From positions 1,736,001 to 1,800,000 of the forward strand of contig SMSO01000034.1 in NCBI GenBank assembly GCA_004764695.1: a stretch of 64,000 nucleotides of DNA, written 5' to 3'. Of the stretch, positions 12,142 to 26,800 are shown piece after piece. The DNA comes from Schizochytrium sp. TIO01 (lineage: Eukaryota > Protista > Bigyra: Labyrinthulomycetes). The notes below the pieces were generated by a model. It made no database searches and had not been told where the DNA came from. It was given only the letters and a program-made list of their open reading frames with translations. Both the position numbers and the translations under genes were made by a program. Numbering within the stretch: position 1 is the stretch's first letter; every line of letters begins with the position of its first letter.

Positions 12142-13912
12142 TTTGCTGTTTCGAAAGGGGATCGCTTGGTAAATTAATGTTCTGCGGATTTCGATAAACG
12201 CGAATATGTCAAAGTCAGTCAATCGGTTGGTTCAGTTATACACACACTCTATCTCAAACTCGTGCGGATCAATCCGTCCTGCGCTCAAGGTTCAGAAAAC
12301 AATCGGGGCCGGTCCCTTCATTGCCATCGTTGCCGTTCAACTCCTCCCGTGTCTGTCGCCCTCTTCTATCAGGATCTTTCTTCCACTCCTTCACCTATTA
12401 CACCATCCTTTCTTCTTTTATCATATCGTTAATTAATAGAAGCTCAATGAGCCGGCGCGATAAGAGAAAAAGAAGTGGCATCCTAGTAGTAGTGGACCCT
12501 ACAACTATCCTATAGTATCTATTACTGCCAGAGTGCCTTGGCGATCACATGGCGAAGATGTCTAGTGACAGGAAGAGCATCCTCCTCCAAGCAAGCCTTC
12601 GTGAGCACGTCTCGAGGTAGGATAAGGGCACCGCCCATCCCGCCTCCAGCAGGCAGAGTCGTGAAGAGTCATGTCCGCTTGCCAGCATCCTTGTTTCAAT
12701 GATACTTTTTACGTTTCCAACGAAAACTATAAGAGTATTCATCATTAAAAGGATAGATAGCGAGAAGAGATGATCAATAGGTATCCAATCCCGCGTGAAA
12801 CCTGTCACGAAGAGGCGTGCTGCTGCAGCTGCTGAGGCCACACCGCCAAGGTCCCACGATGTCCACGAACCGCAGCAGTCACATGTATCCGGCCAGCAAC
12901 TCGGATGCAAGCAGCTAAACAATATATGAGGGGGGGGGGGTTGGACTTGGCTGCTTGAGCTGTCGCCTCCTGGCCACGATGAGCCTTGCGCGAAGGGCTG
13001 TGTCGTGGAACAGGCGAGAGAGAAGCGGAGTGTTGAGGTTGAGGGTGGGAGCCCATGATCGCCTCGGGCGCTGAGGCTCCATCAAGACGCCGAAGCGCCC
13101 GCATTTGAGGTTGCCATGATCTACGTACCTGGTGAACGGGGTTTGCCGACGAGGCTTCTCGTTTGAGGTCTGTCTTGAAGACAGGATTTGAATTTTTCGC
13201 AATAATGAATGCAGGAAAAGAAGTTCCCCCGCCACTGTAACTTTGCCCACCCGGCATAATATTGTGGATCTAATTTCGCAGGCAGCTTTTCTACTATCAA
13301 ATATTCTACTTTATGCCACTGAAAGGCCTCTCTGGTGGGGACTCATTACATCTGACGGTGTACCAGCGAAAGCAGAAGTACCAGTTCTTGGAGGCGGTCT
13401 GTATCAGTGTCGGCATAATCAGAGAGGGAGAAACGTTTCCCCGCTGTGTCTAGGAAGGCACAAGAAAGAAATGGAAGTCGGGAATTACAAAGGGAGAAAG
13501 AAATGGAAATGAACTTATTTTCAAAGAACAAAATTCCTTTTTCACGACTTCGCATTTTCTTTCGGAACAAGCACGAGTAAAAACTAAGCAACTAACGAGG
13601 ATCTCTCTCCCCCTCCCTCTCTCCTGTTCGCTGTTGATGCCTCTATCGCCGACTCCTGAGAATCAATCCGCTCTCTTTATTCATGCATTTACTCATTTAT
13701 TCATTTATTCATTTATTTATCTATTATCCTATCTTTTCTTGGTCGACGAACGAAGTTAGTTTGTTGAACTTGCCTCACTTCTGCTGTCTCGGCTGCTCTC
13801 GGCTGCTGGATTGTGATATGTGTATGTATGTATGTATGTATATACGTACGTACGCACCTGTTGTAAAGCAGCAGACAAGACAGTCCATCACGCTTTCAGC
13901 AATCAAACGATC

Positions 13913-13962
13913 GAAGAAGAAGAAGAAGAAGAAGAAGAAGAAGAAGAAGAAGAAGAAGAAGA
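13913..13962. repeat. (AAG)n microsatellite
   Basis: Visible perfect run. Confidence 0.95.
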
Positions 13963-14058
13963 GGAAGCCAAGAAAGGGAAAGGGGGCGATCGATAGCATC
14001 AGAGTCAGCATCATGATCAGGCCAAGAAAAACCACCCCTACAAACAATTTAACACTAG

Positions 14059-14092
<34 letters not shown>

Positions 14093-16249
14093 CTCGCCTT
14101 TGCGACCAGAGAAAAGATTACCTTTTTAATATTTTATATCTACTGAGGGTTTATTTATAAATAGATTTATAGATGCCTTTGTTTCTTTTAAGTACCTATC
14201 ATTGCATTCTCTGCATCGTCATTATTGCCACTTTTCTTTGTTTTTTCTCTTCTGCTACTTTATTGAATCATATGGTGCATATCTATTACACATGTTTAAG
14301 CACAAACACAGGGAAAGGCATCTCTCATATTTCTAAACAACAGAGCGAATACTCACGATTCGTGTCTCCAGCCGACGGTATAGAGTGAGCGCTGCAACAA
14401 CAACAACAACAACAACAAACAATAACAACAACAACAACAATCTTAACTATTCATTTTAAACTTGAAAACTCTCTTCTTTTTTTATAAAAAAAAAAAAAAA
14501 AAAAAATTAAAAAACCAACTAAGTTAAAAGTTTTCATAAGTTTTTAAAATAAAAAGTGCAGAAGCTCAGGCGCTTTGTACAATATGATGAGCGCTAATGA
14601 GGGAGGGAGGCGCGGTTGCTGCCTCCTCATCAGCAGTCATCGAGAACGAGAAAGGGCGTGGATTCTCTGCGTTGCGGCCTCTGGAAGGCAGCTCAGGTGT
14701 TCAGAAGGACGCCCCGCCTCGGATCAGCGCGGCCTACGCTCGCTTTCGTCTGCCTTCTGTCTGTCTGATCAGCTCGACGCAGCAGGCAGGATCCACGTTC
14801 TTGGCGGATGCTGGATGCCTCCTTCTTCCTCTATCTTATGCACCCTAACCAGGCATAGGCAGGGGCCTAGCTAGCTAGCTAGCTACCTATCTATCTGTCC
14901 ACTAGCTAGAACTCTAGTACCCCCTCCTCTGCTTTTCGTTTCATCTTTTATCGAAGTATTTATCGATGATTACGCTGCGATATGAAAGCAAATCCGCTGT
15001 TTCTTTGTTGAGATTGAAAGCTGTTTTCTTTGTTTTGGATTGCTTATGGTTTGGTTTCTTTAATACAACGCAGCTTGTATGTACGCTGTCAAAATCATGC
15101 CTGCATTGCAGCTCCCTCCCATACCTTCGCAGTGGCCGCTTCTATCGATCGCTCAATGAGAGGGGTGCTCGACTGACTGTTTGTTTATCTGCTTTATTCG
15201 CTGCATTCAATTTGTGGCTGAGCAAGATTTTATAAAGAAATGAATGCAATCATTCCATGAATGGATGAATGAGTCAATGAGTCAATGAGTCAATGAGTCG
15301 ATCGATCAATCAATCAGCGAGCGCCATGCGTGGAATGAGATGCCGCAAAGGGGAGGGGGGGGGCTATCGAGAAGAGGCGTCAGGCCGAAGCCTCTGCGAA
15401 CTGCGCGAACTTCTGCCGCTTTCTGCCGTGCTCTGGCGGCCTCTTTCACCGTTTCCTTGCGCGCTTTCCTTCTTTCGCTCGTTCTTTAGTTTCTCAGTTT
15501 CCGCCTTTCCTCTTCTTCTTCTCCTCTTTCTTCTCTTAATAGCACGTATGTATTGCTCCGTTCTCTCGCCTCAAATATTCTTTTAATTTTTGAAAGGAAA
15601 AAGAAAAAAACAAATTATAAGTTAGAAATGAAAAATTAAAGAACTGAAAATACTTTGAAAGAGAATAATGACGGTAAACGAGAGAGATTAAGGCTACAAG
15701 GTGTTCCTGCTTGTTCCTGAGGAGAAAGTTGTCACCCTGCCCCACCCGTCAATTTCCGAGTGTGCTTTTAAGTCGGTCTGAGGGGGGCTTTGTGCACGTT
15801 TTGAAGGTGCCATTCTCTTTCCCTTCTTTCTTCCTTTCTGCTCTGGAGCAGTGAGTTTGCTGTCGAAAGAAGAGTCGCTTCGCTTCGCATCGCATCGCAT
15901 CGCATTCGAGATGGCCAGACAGCTCTGAGCCGCCGCAGAGGACTGAGATGCGAAGGTCTGATCGAAGGTCGAGCTCAGAGAGGCTCACGGCTTTGGCAGC
16001 GAACGGGAAGAGGGGGAGGGCCCCAGGGGCTTTCTTTGTATCTTGCTTGGTCCTTCAGGATATAGGTAAAACAATGCCGTGTGCCATTAAATACTGTAGA
16101 ATGCAGGCATACCACCTATTAATCAATCAATCAATAAATAAGTCGATCAATAAATCAATCAATAAGTCGATCAATAAATCAATCAAGGAAGCTCGTCATT
16201 CTCAAGTGTTGAAAGCGCTTGCTCCGGCATTTTTGTCTTATCTCAGCTC

Positions 16250-16469
16250 TTTGTTTGTTTGTTTGTTTATTTGTTTGTTTGTTTGTTTGTTTGTTTGTTT
16301 GTTTGTTTGTTTGTTTGTTTGTTTGTTTGTTTGTTTGTTTGTTTGTTTGTTTGTTTGTTTGTTTGTTTGTTTGTTTGTTTGTTTGTTTGTTTGTTTGTTT
16401 GTTTGTTTGTTTGTTTGTTTGTTTGTTTGTTTGTTTGTTTGTTTGTTTGTTTGTTCGTTCGTTCGTTCG
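16250..16469. repeat. (TTTG)n microsatellite of ~200 bp, ending in (TTCG)n
   Basis: Visible run; it produces the spurious CLFV/TNKQ ORFs. Confidence 0.97.
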
Positions 16470-19400
16470 TATGGAATTCTCTAGAGATGATGCCTTTGGG
16501 TTGGGAGGTATAGCAGTAGCTATGCGGCAGCTAGTACCTACCTGCCTCTTTCGTTTTTTGGTGAACGATTGATTCTCCTTTTGCTGCAATTGTTATGCTG
16601 TTTCGCTTTTCCTTCCTGGGATTCAGTTCCCTCTGTTAGCTGCTCGCAAGCGCGCAGAAACTGCCTTACTCGTACCTATCATCGTCTCCGCAGCTTCTCA
16701 TGGCGCTCGTAGACGAAGAGGGAGAAGCAGGAGAAGCTGTTGTTTTGGCAGGAAACTGAAGAAATGAACAGAATCAGAGCGAAGAGTGAATGATGAAGAT
16801 GTGAACAATATCAAGAGAGAATGAAGATTTAGTTTAGAAAATGAGACAGAACCCAATAAAAGAAAGAAAGATAAAAAGAAAAAAAAAATCACCTCAAGAG
16901 CCAAACGTGACGCTTTTCAAGCCACGCGCAGATATCGTAGAGGCGAAAACATGGCGGAAGCTGCGACCGCAGAATCGCAAACTTGGAAAGGAGACTTCGA
17001 GTGGTGTCCAACTTGACAAAGAAGAACAAAAATAGCCATACTCTTCTTCTGCTTCTTCTTCCTGTTACAGTTTATTATTTAGGCATTCTGTGAATGAATT
17101 TAATTTCATCTCATTTCTCTTTGTTGTTGTTGTTGTTGTTGCCTTTCAAAGTTTTTTCATCCTGATTCAAAAGAAACGAAACAAGAGAGGAATTGAAAAA
17201 GAAGAGGCAAAGATCAAGGCTGGCCAGTATCTTGCTGGGGAAGGTTACATACAAGATCAGTATGAGCGGCTGGCTGGCTGGCTGACTCCGCGATTCGCGC
17301 AGAGCAGAGAGAGTCTGAGGGGGTCGCGGCCGAGGAGCTTCGCGAGCCAGAGCCAGAAGAAGCCGCACCTAAAGACTGCACACAGCTTTGGCCACGCTTA
17401 AACCGCACCGAAGAAGCTGCCATTGCCACAATTCGACTGTCAAGGCTTCTTCTTCTCCATCTTCAAGTTGAGGGATTCTTGGCGTAAGCCGAAGAACCTC
17501 TTAGGTAGCTTTAGTGTTATTGGCTACAGGTCCATCTGTTCCTTTGGTATTTCTGTTCTTTGGAATTGCGCTTCGAAGAACTTTGAGCCTCTTTCAGACA
17601 ATTCGGTCGATCTATACCAATGTGTATCAATTGATCTACCTATGGATGGATGTATTCGAAACTGATTGACTGATCAATTGATTGATTGATGGATTGATCA
17701 GATGCAGGGAATGAAGCAGGAAGAAGCGAGGACGCGAGCAATATGAGATAGTCACTGAGTGACTCGCAGAAAGGAACAAGAACAATGAAAAGAACAAGAA
17801 GATAAGGCGGTCTCGATTCGCGACAGGCTCTCCGATTCCTTCCTGTTTGTAATAGGTAGGTTACTTCCCTCGAGTGCAGGTTTAGCTAGTTCTTCGGGCC
17901 TGCCTTTACAACAACAATAATAATAATAATAAGCCTGGTTGTGGGATACGAGAGAATGGTCTTCGATAGATACTGCCTTGTTTTATAGACTCGGCTGATC
18001 AAAGATTGTGCTATCGTCGTCATCGTCAACGGCCTCTTCGATTTCGTGTGCCGCCCTCGCTGTCTTCAACTTCTTCAGATTCTCTGTCCGAAGTTTTCAC
18101 GATTTTAATGGTATTTTAAAACAAATTTTAAAACTATTCGAGTAGGCATTGTGTTTAGAATTTTTGTGCACTTTCTGAAGAAGAATATGAGAATGACACT
18201 TTTGAAAAACATTTCATTTTTTGTTTGTTTGCTTTATTTTTAAACAGAATATCTAGTTAAAGTTCGTCTGATTGTTACGCTTCACCCCTTAGGAGGTGTC
18301 TAGGCCTAATAAGCAGTGCTTTCATGTTTCTTTATTGTTAAGCTCTTTCTTTTTTTTAAAATCAAATTCAAAGTTTTGAATCTATATCATGTAGGTACCG
18401 AAAGGAAAGAGCAGCGAAACGACAACATCAAAGATGACTTCGAGAGTGGCCGATCGATGGACACAGCCAGGAGATATAAATCCGCCCAGCTTCGCGGCCA
18501 GGCATGCATTCGAGACTCCAAAGACGGGCTGGAGGTGCCGAGAGTCAAGCCGAGTCGAGTTCCGCAGTCGAGGGATTTCTTGTTCTGCTCTTGTTTTCGT
18601 TTCTTTCACGATCTTTGGGAAAACATTCTTTGTGTTTATATATTTATAATTTTAAAAAAATAAAAAAATAAAAAATAAAAAAAACTGTTTTCATAATAAC
18701 TGAAGCTTTTTCCTTTTCCTGAGGGGCTGCTGGCAAAGAAGAGAGATTTTGCGTTGTTGTAATTCTCAGAGCGCAGCGCATGAGGATCGCGGGTTCGGAC
18801 GACGGCCTGCGGCTCGACCAGCAAACCCTCACAGGAAGACGCCGCAGAGGTCGGCGTAGATGCTGAAGATGGATCGCAAAGCTTGCTTGACAAAGGAAGG
18901 AAGAACCCGCGATGGACTGCTTGATCTCTACCCATCGACCGGTCACTGAGCTAGTGACTCAGCTACTCCAAATTACAGCAACGCAACAACGCATATTCGT
19001 AACAGTGCCTCCGCTGGGAGTGAGCAAAACTCCGACTCAGTGCGCCAAACAGCGATAAACTCACTCACTCACTCATATTGATTGGCCAAAGAACCGGGCA
19101 GGTGGCCCGAGGCGTTGAAAACGCTGAGCTGCAGAGAGCAGACGACAAGCGCTGGCCTGGTCCACGGTCTCTGAGTGCACCAAGGCCGGGTTCTCTGTCT
19201 GTGAGAAGAGGGGCAAAAAGGAGGAGGCAGCAGGGAATTCCTTCCTTCGTAGAACCCGCACGAAGGCAGTTCTGCGGATCCTGGCATTCGGAGTTTTCCG
19301 TAAGGTGCTACATAGCGGTGGTAGCACCTTCGCTTCACAAATAGATCCAAGAGTCCAAGAAGCAACAAACCGATGATGGATGCACAAACAAACATTGAGC

Positions 19401-22400
19401 TAACCGTGAGGAGGTGTCGCAGGTACAAATGCACCTACCCTTGGTTTTGTTGTGGAAGGCATATACAAATCTGGGTAGAAGGATGCTGCACAGATCTACG
19501 TATTCGAGAGAGAGGATTGGACTTTGTTTGGCAAGTTGGATCGTGGACCAAGGAGGTTTTGCTGTTTTGTGGGGGGGGTTCTCGGAGTTTTGCCTCTGCT
19601 GTCGTGAACAAAGATGTACCGCGATTGTGATTCAGGCTATAACTGCGCAGAAGAGCATTCATAGTTCTCGCAAGCAGCGCACTTTGGGGGCGAGCTCGCT
19701 TCGCACGATGAACGTACAGTCCCCGCTCGCAACGATATCGAAGAGGAGGTACCGTGGCCGGATAAGTCGATAGATAGATCTCTTGGCCGTCTCAGGATTG
19801 ATCTGATGTGTCCCATCGGCCAGTTCCTTCTTACAGGGAACCCAAGAACCCGTGTAAACTCATTCATTCGTTCCGCTCATTAGATCAGTTATTTATTCAC
19901 TCATGCACTTGAACAGATAAAAAGACGCACGGCACTATAATTGGGAGCTCCGATACCCATTGCGAAGGCATCAACGGCCACGGCCGTAATCGGCGAAGAG
20001 AGGTTGTGCTGGCCTAGCCTCTCGAGAAAGAACCCCCCAATCAGGTTCTCAACTGCATTTGTAATTTCTTTCCTTTCTTTCTTTCTTTCTTTCTTTTCTT
20101 CTCTCGTGTTTTAAATATACTTATTTAAAATTAAAACTTAAAAAATATAAATTTAATTCATTCTAAATTTTATCAGGAAAGTAAAGAAATAAATGAAAAG
20201 CAAACTAAAATTGTTTTTAAATTGAAAAAACAAAAGTTGGTTCCCCTGTGTTTTCAAAAGTTTTCAAAAGGCAAGGCCGTGGATATTTTAAATTTGTTTT
20301 GTTTCTCTTTTCATTTCGCAGTGTTACAAGGTTCACCTTTTATGTGGTGTGGAATACAACGTTCATGAAATAAAATTGGATCTGCAAACACAAAAACGAT
20401 TCATACATTCTGTTGTACTTACGAGATCTTGGAGGAAAGCATTCGCTTATTCTTGGGTCACTTGAATTTAGCGGGTAAGATATAAAGCTTGACACAAATT
20501 GCTAATGAATGAAGATTTGCTTCAGTGCAAGCTATTCACTGCAAGGATCTTGAGGATGTTGATCTGTACAAGACAATCATGTCAGCTATCATTCACGAAG
20601 AAACGCTTCGTTTGATCTCTCTGTATTAAAGAAGCGATAAACTGGGAACTCAACTTGCTCATTAGATCCTCCGCGCAGGTAAATAGTGTTCCTCTTGTTC
20701 GTATCCATATTTCTAGGTTTCAGTCTATGAAATAACCTACCTCCGAGTTGCGCTAAGATTGCATTGTACAATGTTTTCTTTCTTTCTCTCGTTCGGAAAG
20801 TTAAAAGCTGGCCTTGACGAATATAGATAGATCCACGACTTTCTCACAAGCAAGTACTCCAGCCTCCAGCTACTAGTTTAGTATTTAATCTCCACGCCCC
20901 AAACATTAGTAGGTACCTACCTACCTACCTACCTACCTATACTTTAAGCCAACACTGTTATTCGTTTTGGATATTATATACGCACATTTTTTTAGTCAAA
21001 AAGATCTCATTCCTTACACCAGCCAGCAGAAAACTAGATCTGCCTCACTTGAACCCTGCCCCGATAGACAGTAGTACATATACCATGAGTCCCCTGGTGA
21101 TCCTCTTTCCAAAAAAACGGGACTCCTGAGAGGTAACCCTGTTCGGTAGTAGCGTAGTAGCTTTAAAATGAAAGATTAAAGATCAAACCGAGAAGCGGAT
21201 TCTTTCTCGAGGAAGCCGAATAACCTAGATCTATAGCTTCCCTAATGACAGCAGCAACTCCTTCGCGGTGAAGAGGAGGTGCAAATAACCATACCCATAC
21301 CTTGGAGATGACCTGCCTCCCACGGTCGATTGTTTTCGTACTTGAATGATGTAAGGCCACCTGAGAAATAAACCTCACCATTATATGCAATTCACACACC
21401 GAAGTTATTCCCCTAACTCTCGTTTGCTTGGCTTGGCTTGGCTTGGCTTTGCTTTGTGTATACCTAAACCCCTGATCCATAAACAAACTCTTGGGCCTCT
21501 CCTTCTTTTTCATCTACACAGGAACATATAGTTTACTCATTCGTTTATTTTTTCACTTGTTCATTTATCTATCAATCTATCCATTATTCATTCATTTATT
21601 CACAATCCCGTTCCACTGCGGCAAAGAACGATAATTATTTAAATAGCAGTACCCAGCACTTGTTTTCCACTTGCAAGATCCTTTTCGCTCCGTGTTCAGC
21701 GCTGGTCTATTTGGATAGGGACAGAACGTAGATGTCTCCTTTGCGACGCAAAGAATTCGAGGATTCCACACGAACAGCAGCGATCAACCAATGCATCAAC
21801 GCCAGGGTCAGAGAGCAGCCTGAGACGACTTTTGAAAGAAGGTCTGACTGATCGTAGACTCTGGTTGTCCGGTGTCCAGGCGTGAGGCTTTGGTGCTTCA
21901 TCGATTCAAGACAGGACAGGACATTGATTCGAGCTTCCGCGCAGGTCGATCGTACCTCCTCCCTCCTCGTCGTGCGACGAAACGAGCTGCTCCCTGGGTG
22001 GCAAGGAATGAAAAACGAAGGATTGGACAACCTCAAGCGACGTTTGCAACTACATAGGTACTACAACCTGACGAGAGAGAGATAATAAAATAAGGTACAA
22101 CACAAACAATCTTTTCAGCAAGTTGGCCAGAAACTCAGAACGAAACAACCTATGTTTTGGGGCTTGTTTGATAGAGTTTGACTGGTTGGCTGTTCTTCTT
22201 TGCTAAGCTCGCCGCCTCGTGGCGAGAGGAGCCCAAAAGCTGCAAGAATGCAGGCCAACCAGGCCATCTCTAGAGATGTAAACACCACAGGTATCTCTGG
22301 CCATTGAAATCAGTCAAGATTATCTACATCCATTCATGGCTGTTCAAGTTGCTCGTAAAATAAATGCTCACCTCTCTGTACTCATGAGATGGCACGATGA

Positions 22401-22929
22401 TATACTGTTTGTTCCAGGATAAGAGGGAACCTGCAGGAACTCCAAGCTCAGGCCACGGGCCATACGTTTAAGCCGTAGCTGCAGACGGAGTTGAGACAGT
22501 CCACGCCATGATTCCAGCTTCCTTGCTTTGCTCTGTGGCCCCTTCCAACTCGAAGGAGTTCGATTTCCGCATAACAGATTAGCTTTTCATTGATCACATT
22601 TAGATTTTCACACGAGAACTTTCTCTCAATGTTTAATGATGTTTAATGTTTAATGTTTAATGATGTTTAATGTTTAATTTAATTTTAAAATTATATTAAA
22701 TTGATCAAAGGAGGAATAAACAAAATAAGCAAAGCAAAAATGTCTCATGTTTTTTTTTAATTAAAATACATTCTTATAATTATTACCACCTGCTATTTCT
22801 CTACTTCTACCTATCTTACACAGGTATAACTAACGCTCAGCTTCTCCGCAGCGTTGGAATCATAATGCTGACTTTCAAGGAGAACAGCCGCGCTCGTGAG
22901 CCGTGCCACGCCATGCCATGTCATGAATC

Positions 22930-22981
22930 CATGAATGAATCCATGAATGAACGAATGAATGAATGAATGAATGAATGAATG
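22930..22981. repeat. (GAAT)n microsatellite
   Basis: Visible run. Confidence 0.85.
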
Positions 22982-23589
22982 GAAGCATCCTCCTCGGCCT
23001 TCTCAGCCCTCTGAGCCTTCTGAGAAGCCAGATCAGCGGCGTGACAAAAACATGGTGAAACTGAGGATTGTCTCATAATTATCTCATGATTATCACCATC
23101 ATTCGGAAGCAGCGGGAGGAAGGGGAACCCGCAAGCAGGGAGAATTCGCGGCTCGCGCGAGCACGCGTGAACACGGCAGTGCCGTGGACCTTATCAATGA
23201 ATCAATGAATCAATGATTAATCAATCAATCAATCAATTGATGAAAGAATTAAGGACTTGAGGACTTGAGGAATCAATTGCATTGATTGACGGATTAATCG
23301 ACGAGTAGGTACAGTATGTGCGAATACTGTGCAGTTTGAGGCAGCCTCCAGCGGCGGATTCTGTGCCCTGGAATCTGCGTGGAAGCGAGGGCAGCAATTT
23401 CGCGCTTGCTCACGCACTCGCTCAGTCAGTTATTGGCTGGTTGGCTGGCTAGCTCAATGGGCTCGAGAGGACTGCCGCGAGGAGGGTGAACTTTGCCGCA
23501 GCTGACTAAGAGAAATGTCAGAGTACGGGGAGCGTTGCAGGAGATTTGTAGGTAGGTAGGTAAATCTTTTGTTCTGGACTATTCATAGC

Positions 23590-23831
23590 GTTTGTTTGTT
23601 TGTTTGTTTGTTTGTTTGTTTGTTTGTTTGTTTATTTATTTGTTTGTTTGTTTGTTTGTTTGTTTGTTTGTTTGTTTGTTTGTTTGTTTGTTTGTTTGTT
23701 TGTTTGTTTGTTTGTTTGTTTGTTTGTTTGTTTGTTTGTTTGTTTGTTTGTTTGTTTGTTTGTTTGTTTGTTTGTTTGTTTGTTTGTTTGTTTGTTTGTT
23801 TGTTTGTTTGTTTGTTTGTTTGTTTGTTTGT
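23590..23831. repeat. (GTTT)n microsatellite of ~240 bp
   Basis: Visible run; it produces spurious CLFV ORFs. Confidence 0.97.
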
Positions 23832-26800
23832 ATATTTGTTTATATATTTGTTTGTCTGTCTCTCTGTCTATCTATGTAATTGTTTGGGTTGTTTTCATCA
23901 AACGAAGTGTTATTATTGCTTAATTCTGTATATGTATATGTGTATCTATGTGTATGCTGATGTCAGCAGACAGTCAGTCATTTCTTTGGAAACGGCAAAG
24001 CTGTTTAATTCATGGGCACCAGTTTGGCCATCGCATGATCGAGACATGCTTGAGTCAGCGAAGGAACTCATGGCAATACCCAACCTACCTAAGTGCAGTG
24101 TTGCTCTGTCACTACGGCGGTGCGAGCGAGAGTGTCTCGATGGCATTGCTGAAGTGAAGAATCGATCGCTCAGTTTTCTTGGAAAGTGGAGCGAGTGCCG
24201 TCTGTCTATTACCGTGCGTGCATTGTGACTGCCAAGGTCTTCTTTGTTTCCTTTCCTTCCTCCGATTTGCTGAAGTTGTTCGGCTGCCATTGAAAAGAGA
24301 AGCCAAAGCCAAGGAAGGTGATAGATAGCTAAAGCCAAAGTGGCAGCGTAGGACTTACGTTTGCAATTGAAAGCGGCGTTCAGGCGTTAGTTTGTTCTGG
24401 CCTCATGCCATTTGCTGTGTCTGCAGGCTACAGAAGCTGCGTTGCTGCAAACGAGAGTCGGCGCACGGAGGCTTATTGTGGTGATGAGCAGACTAACTCG
24501 GAGTGGTGCTATTTTTGTTTATCGACTTTCGAGAGACTTACAGACACTTTGGCATCTTCGTCTTTGTCCTTTCACGAGTAGGTGCTGTGATGCACGATCT
24601 GACTGACTGATTGACTGCCTGGATGATGTATATTATATAGTGCCTATCTGCTGAGCCCCAACAGTGATACTGAGAAAGTGAGAACCTACCGCGAAGATCC
24701 GAATTCTGCTGCGAATGTGTTTTTTATTGGTGTGTTTTTCTTGTTCGTTTATTTTTTATTTATTTTTTAAATAAATATGTTTAGATTTTTTTTTTTTTAA
24801 TGAAGACAAAGTGAAAAACCAGGATCCTGTGCTTTTCCTTGGAGGATTTCAGAGAAAGGCTTCAAGTTAACGAGGCGGAGACATGTCTCAGCGCTAGCAT
24901 GATGTCAGGCTCGATGAAGAACAATGCGTGCTCAAGGACCAGATTGTGAAGGGGTGGAGATAGTCTGCTCACAAACGCACGACCCCGAGTCCAACGCTTC
25001 TTCGGCTTACGACGATGACGATTGATTCTTCTCAAACCGTTCCCAGCTACTGCTGCTGATTTGCTTACTGTTGCTTGCTATTTATTGCTTGCTATTGCCA
25101 CTCAAGAAGTGCAGTCGAAAGAACTTTTTTTAATCAATATAAACGAATATGCAAATGATCAGATTTCAAGCTCGATCGATGGAAACCCTGCCATTGAGCA
25201 GAGCAGTGGTGTTGAGATTGCCATGATTTGCAGCAATTGCAGTCGGTCTTGGTCTTCGCAGGCTTTCTGTGGCACCCTCGAGGCCAAAAAGATGCTTCAA
25301 ATTGGCTCCAATTGAGGTGGGTTGCAAGAAACCCGGAAAGATAGATACATACATCGATAGATATATAGATAGACAAATGTGCCTGAGTTGTTGAAATTTT
25401 GTTGAACTTGGATTTATATATAACCCAAGAAAGGAATTGGAATCGACTTAGGACGAACAGGCCAGAGCAGCACTACAATAAAGCTCAGCGGGGCCACGTC
25501 ATTGTAGCAACTCTAAGCTCTAGAGCTGGCCATGAAGTGGTCGTGAAGTCGTGGAACGAACGTTGGCATCGTGGCAGGACAAGTCTCTGTCTGACTGACT
25601 GCATGTCAGTGTTGTTGTTAGAATGCCATCGCTGCCAAGCAAGGATTTGGTGATCCAGGAATCCGAGATTTTCACCACCACGCTATTCGACTGGCTATTA
25701 CAGTGGACTCCACTGGCTAGCGATAGCTAAGCCACTCCTACGCACGACGCAGCCAGCTCGTTCCCTCGCCTTTTTCCCTTTTCTTTTTTCTTTTCTTTTC
25801 TCTGCTCTGCTCTGCTCTGCTCTGCTTTTTCGTAGTAGAAAATAAAATTCATTACGTACTATATCTATTTACTCTTTAGGAATACGAGTAGTAGTCGAGT
25901 TCTTTCAGTGCTAAGTATTCTCATTTCGTAGGTCAAATCAAATCCCTCTAAGAGGCGCTACCTAGCTAGCCACGAAGTCATCCTCTTCCTTCTTCTACAG
26001 TAATCAACTTATCACCAATATATCGCGATATCCTTCCTTCCTTCCTTCCTTCCTTCCTTCCTTCTGTCACCCTTCGCGGTACACCTAAGTTACAATAGAA
26101 CTGGAGAGAAAGGGAAAATGAAAGAAAGCGGCAAAAGAAGCGATACGGCGTACAGAATATAGGTCCTAGTGGGCGTCATTTACACATTCATTTACTTATT
26201 CACCCTTACAGGCCCTCTTCCGCTCGCCGGGAAGCGAAGAGGAGGATTAATTAATCAGGTATGCTTTCTCGTTGTTAAGGCCTCTTTCCTATGACCTTGT
26301 TCGCCTCCTTCAGGACTTCTCTTGTTGGTTTCCTGTCCTTCAAATGCCGACACATTGAGAACTTGCTTATATCTATACCTATGTTTGTGTCTATCTTGTT
26401 ATACGCCATTCCCAGCCAGCACCTCCAGCCTTAAAGGCGGTCCGGCTTACTATTCTTCTTAGTTGGGCACCATTTCGATGAAAACTCGAGGCAGAAGTTT
26501 AATTCGTTCGCCATTTCACTCCAAATGAACTCGAAAGAGAGCTAGCTGGATGGCTTAACTTCGATTCCGCTTCGTTTTGACTCACTCGAAAGGAAGAATG
26601 CGCGCAAACGATGGAGATGCTTCACAAACCTGGCTGGATCTGAGCACTGTCAGATAACGCAGCACGCAGCACTTCTTTGGATTCTTCGAACATCATCAAT
26701 CTAAACCTGATTCACTATGAATGAGTTCGCAGTGAGTGATTCCCTATTCACGCCATGGTACCGACTGACCCAGAGCAGGCTCCGCGCAAGCTCTATAGTT

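Noticed and set aside
12545-13512. Overlapping 90-150 aa ORFs upstream of citrate synthase
   Set aside because: No recognisable motifs or consistent codon bias, so treated as non-coding.
15948-16589. ORFs with CLFV/TNKQ repeats (also 23569-24228)
   Set aside because: Translations of (TTTG)n microsatellites.
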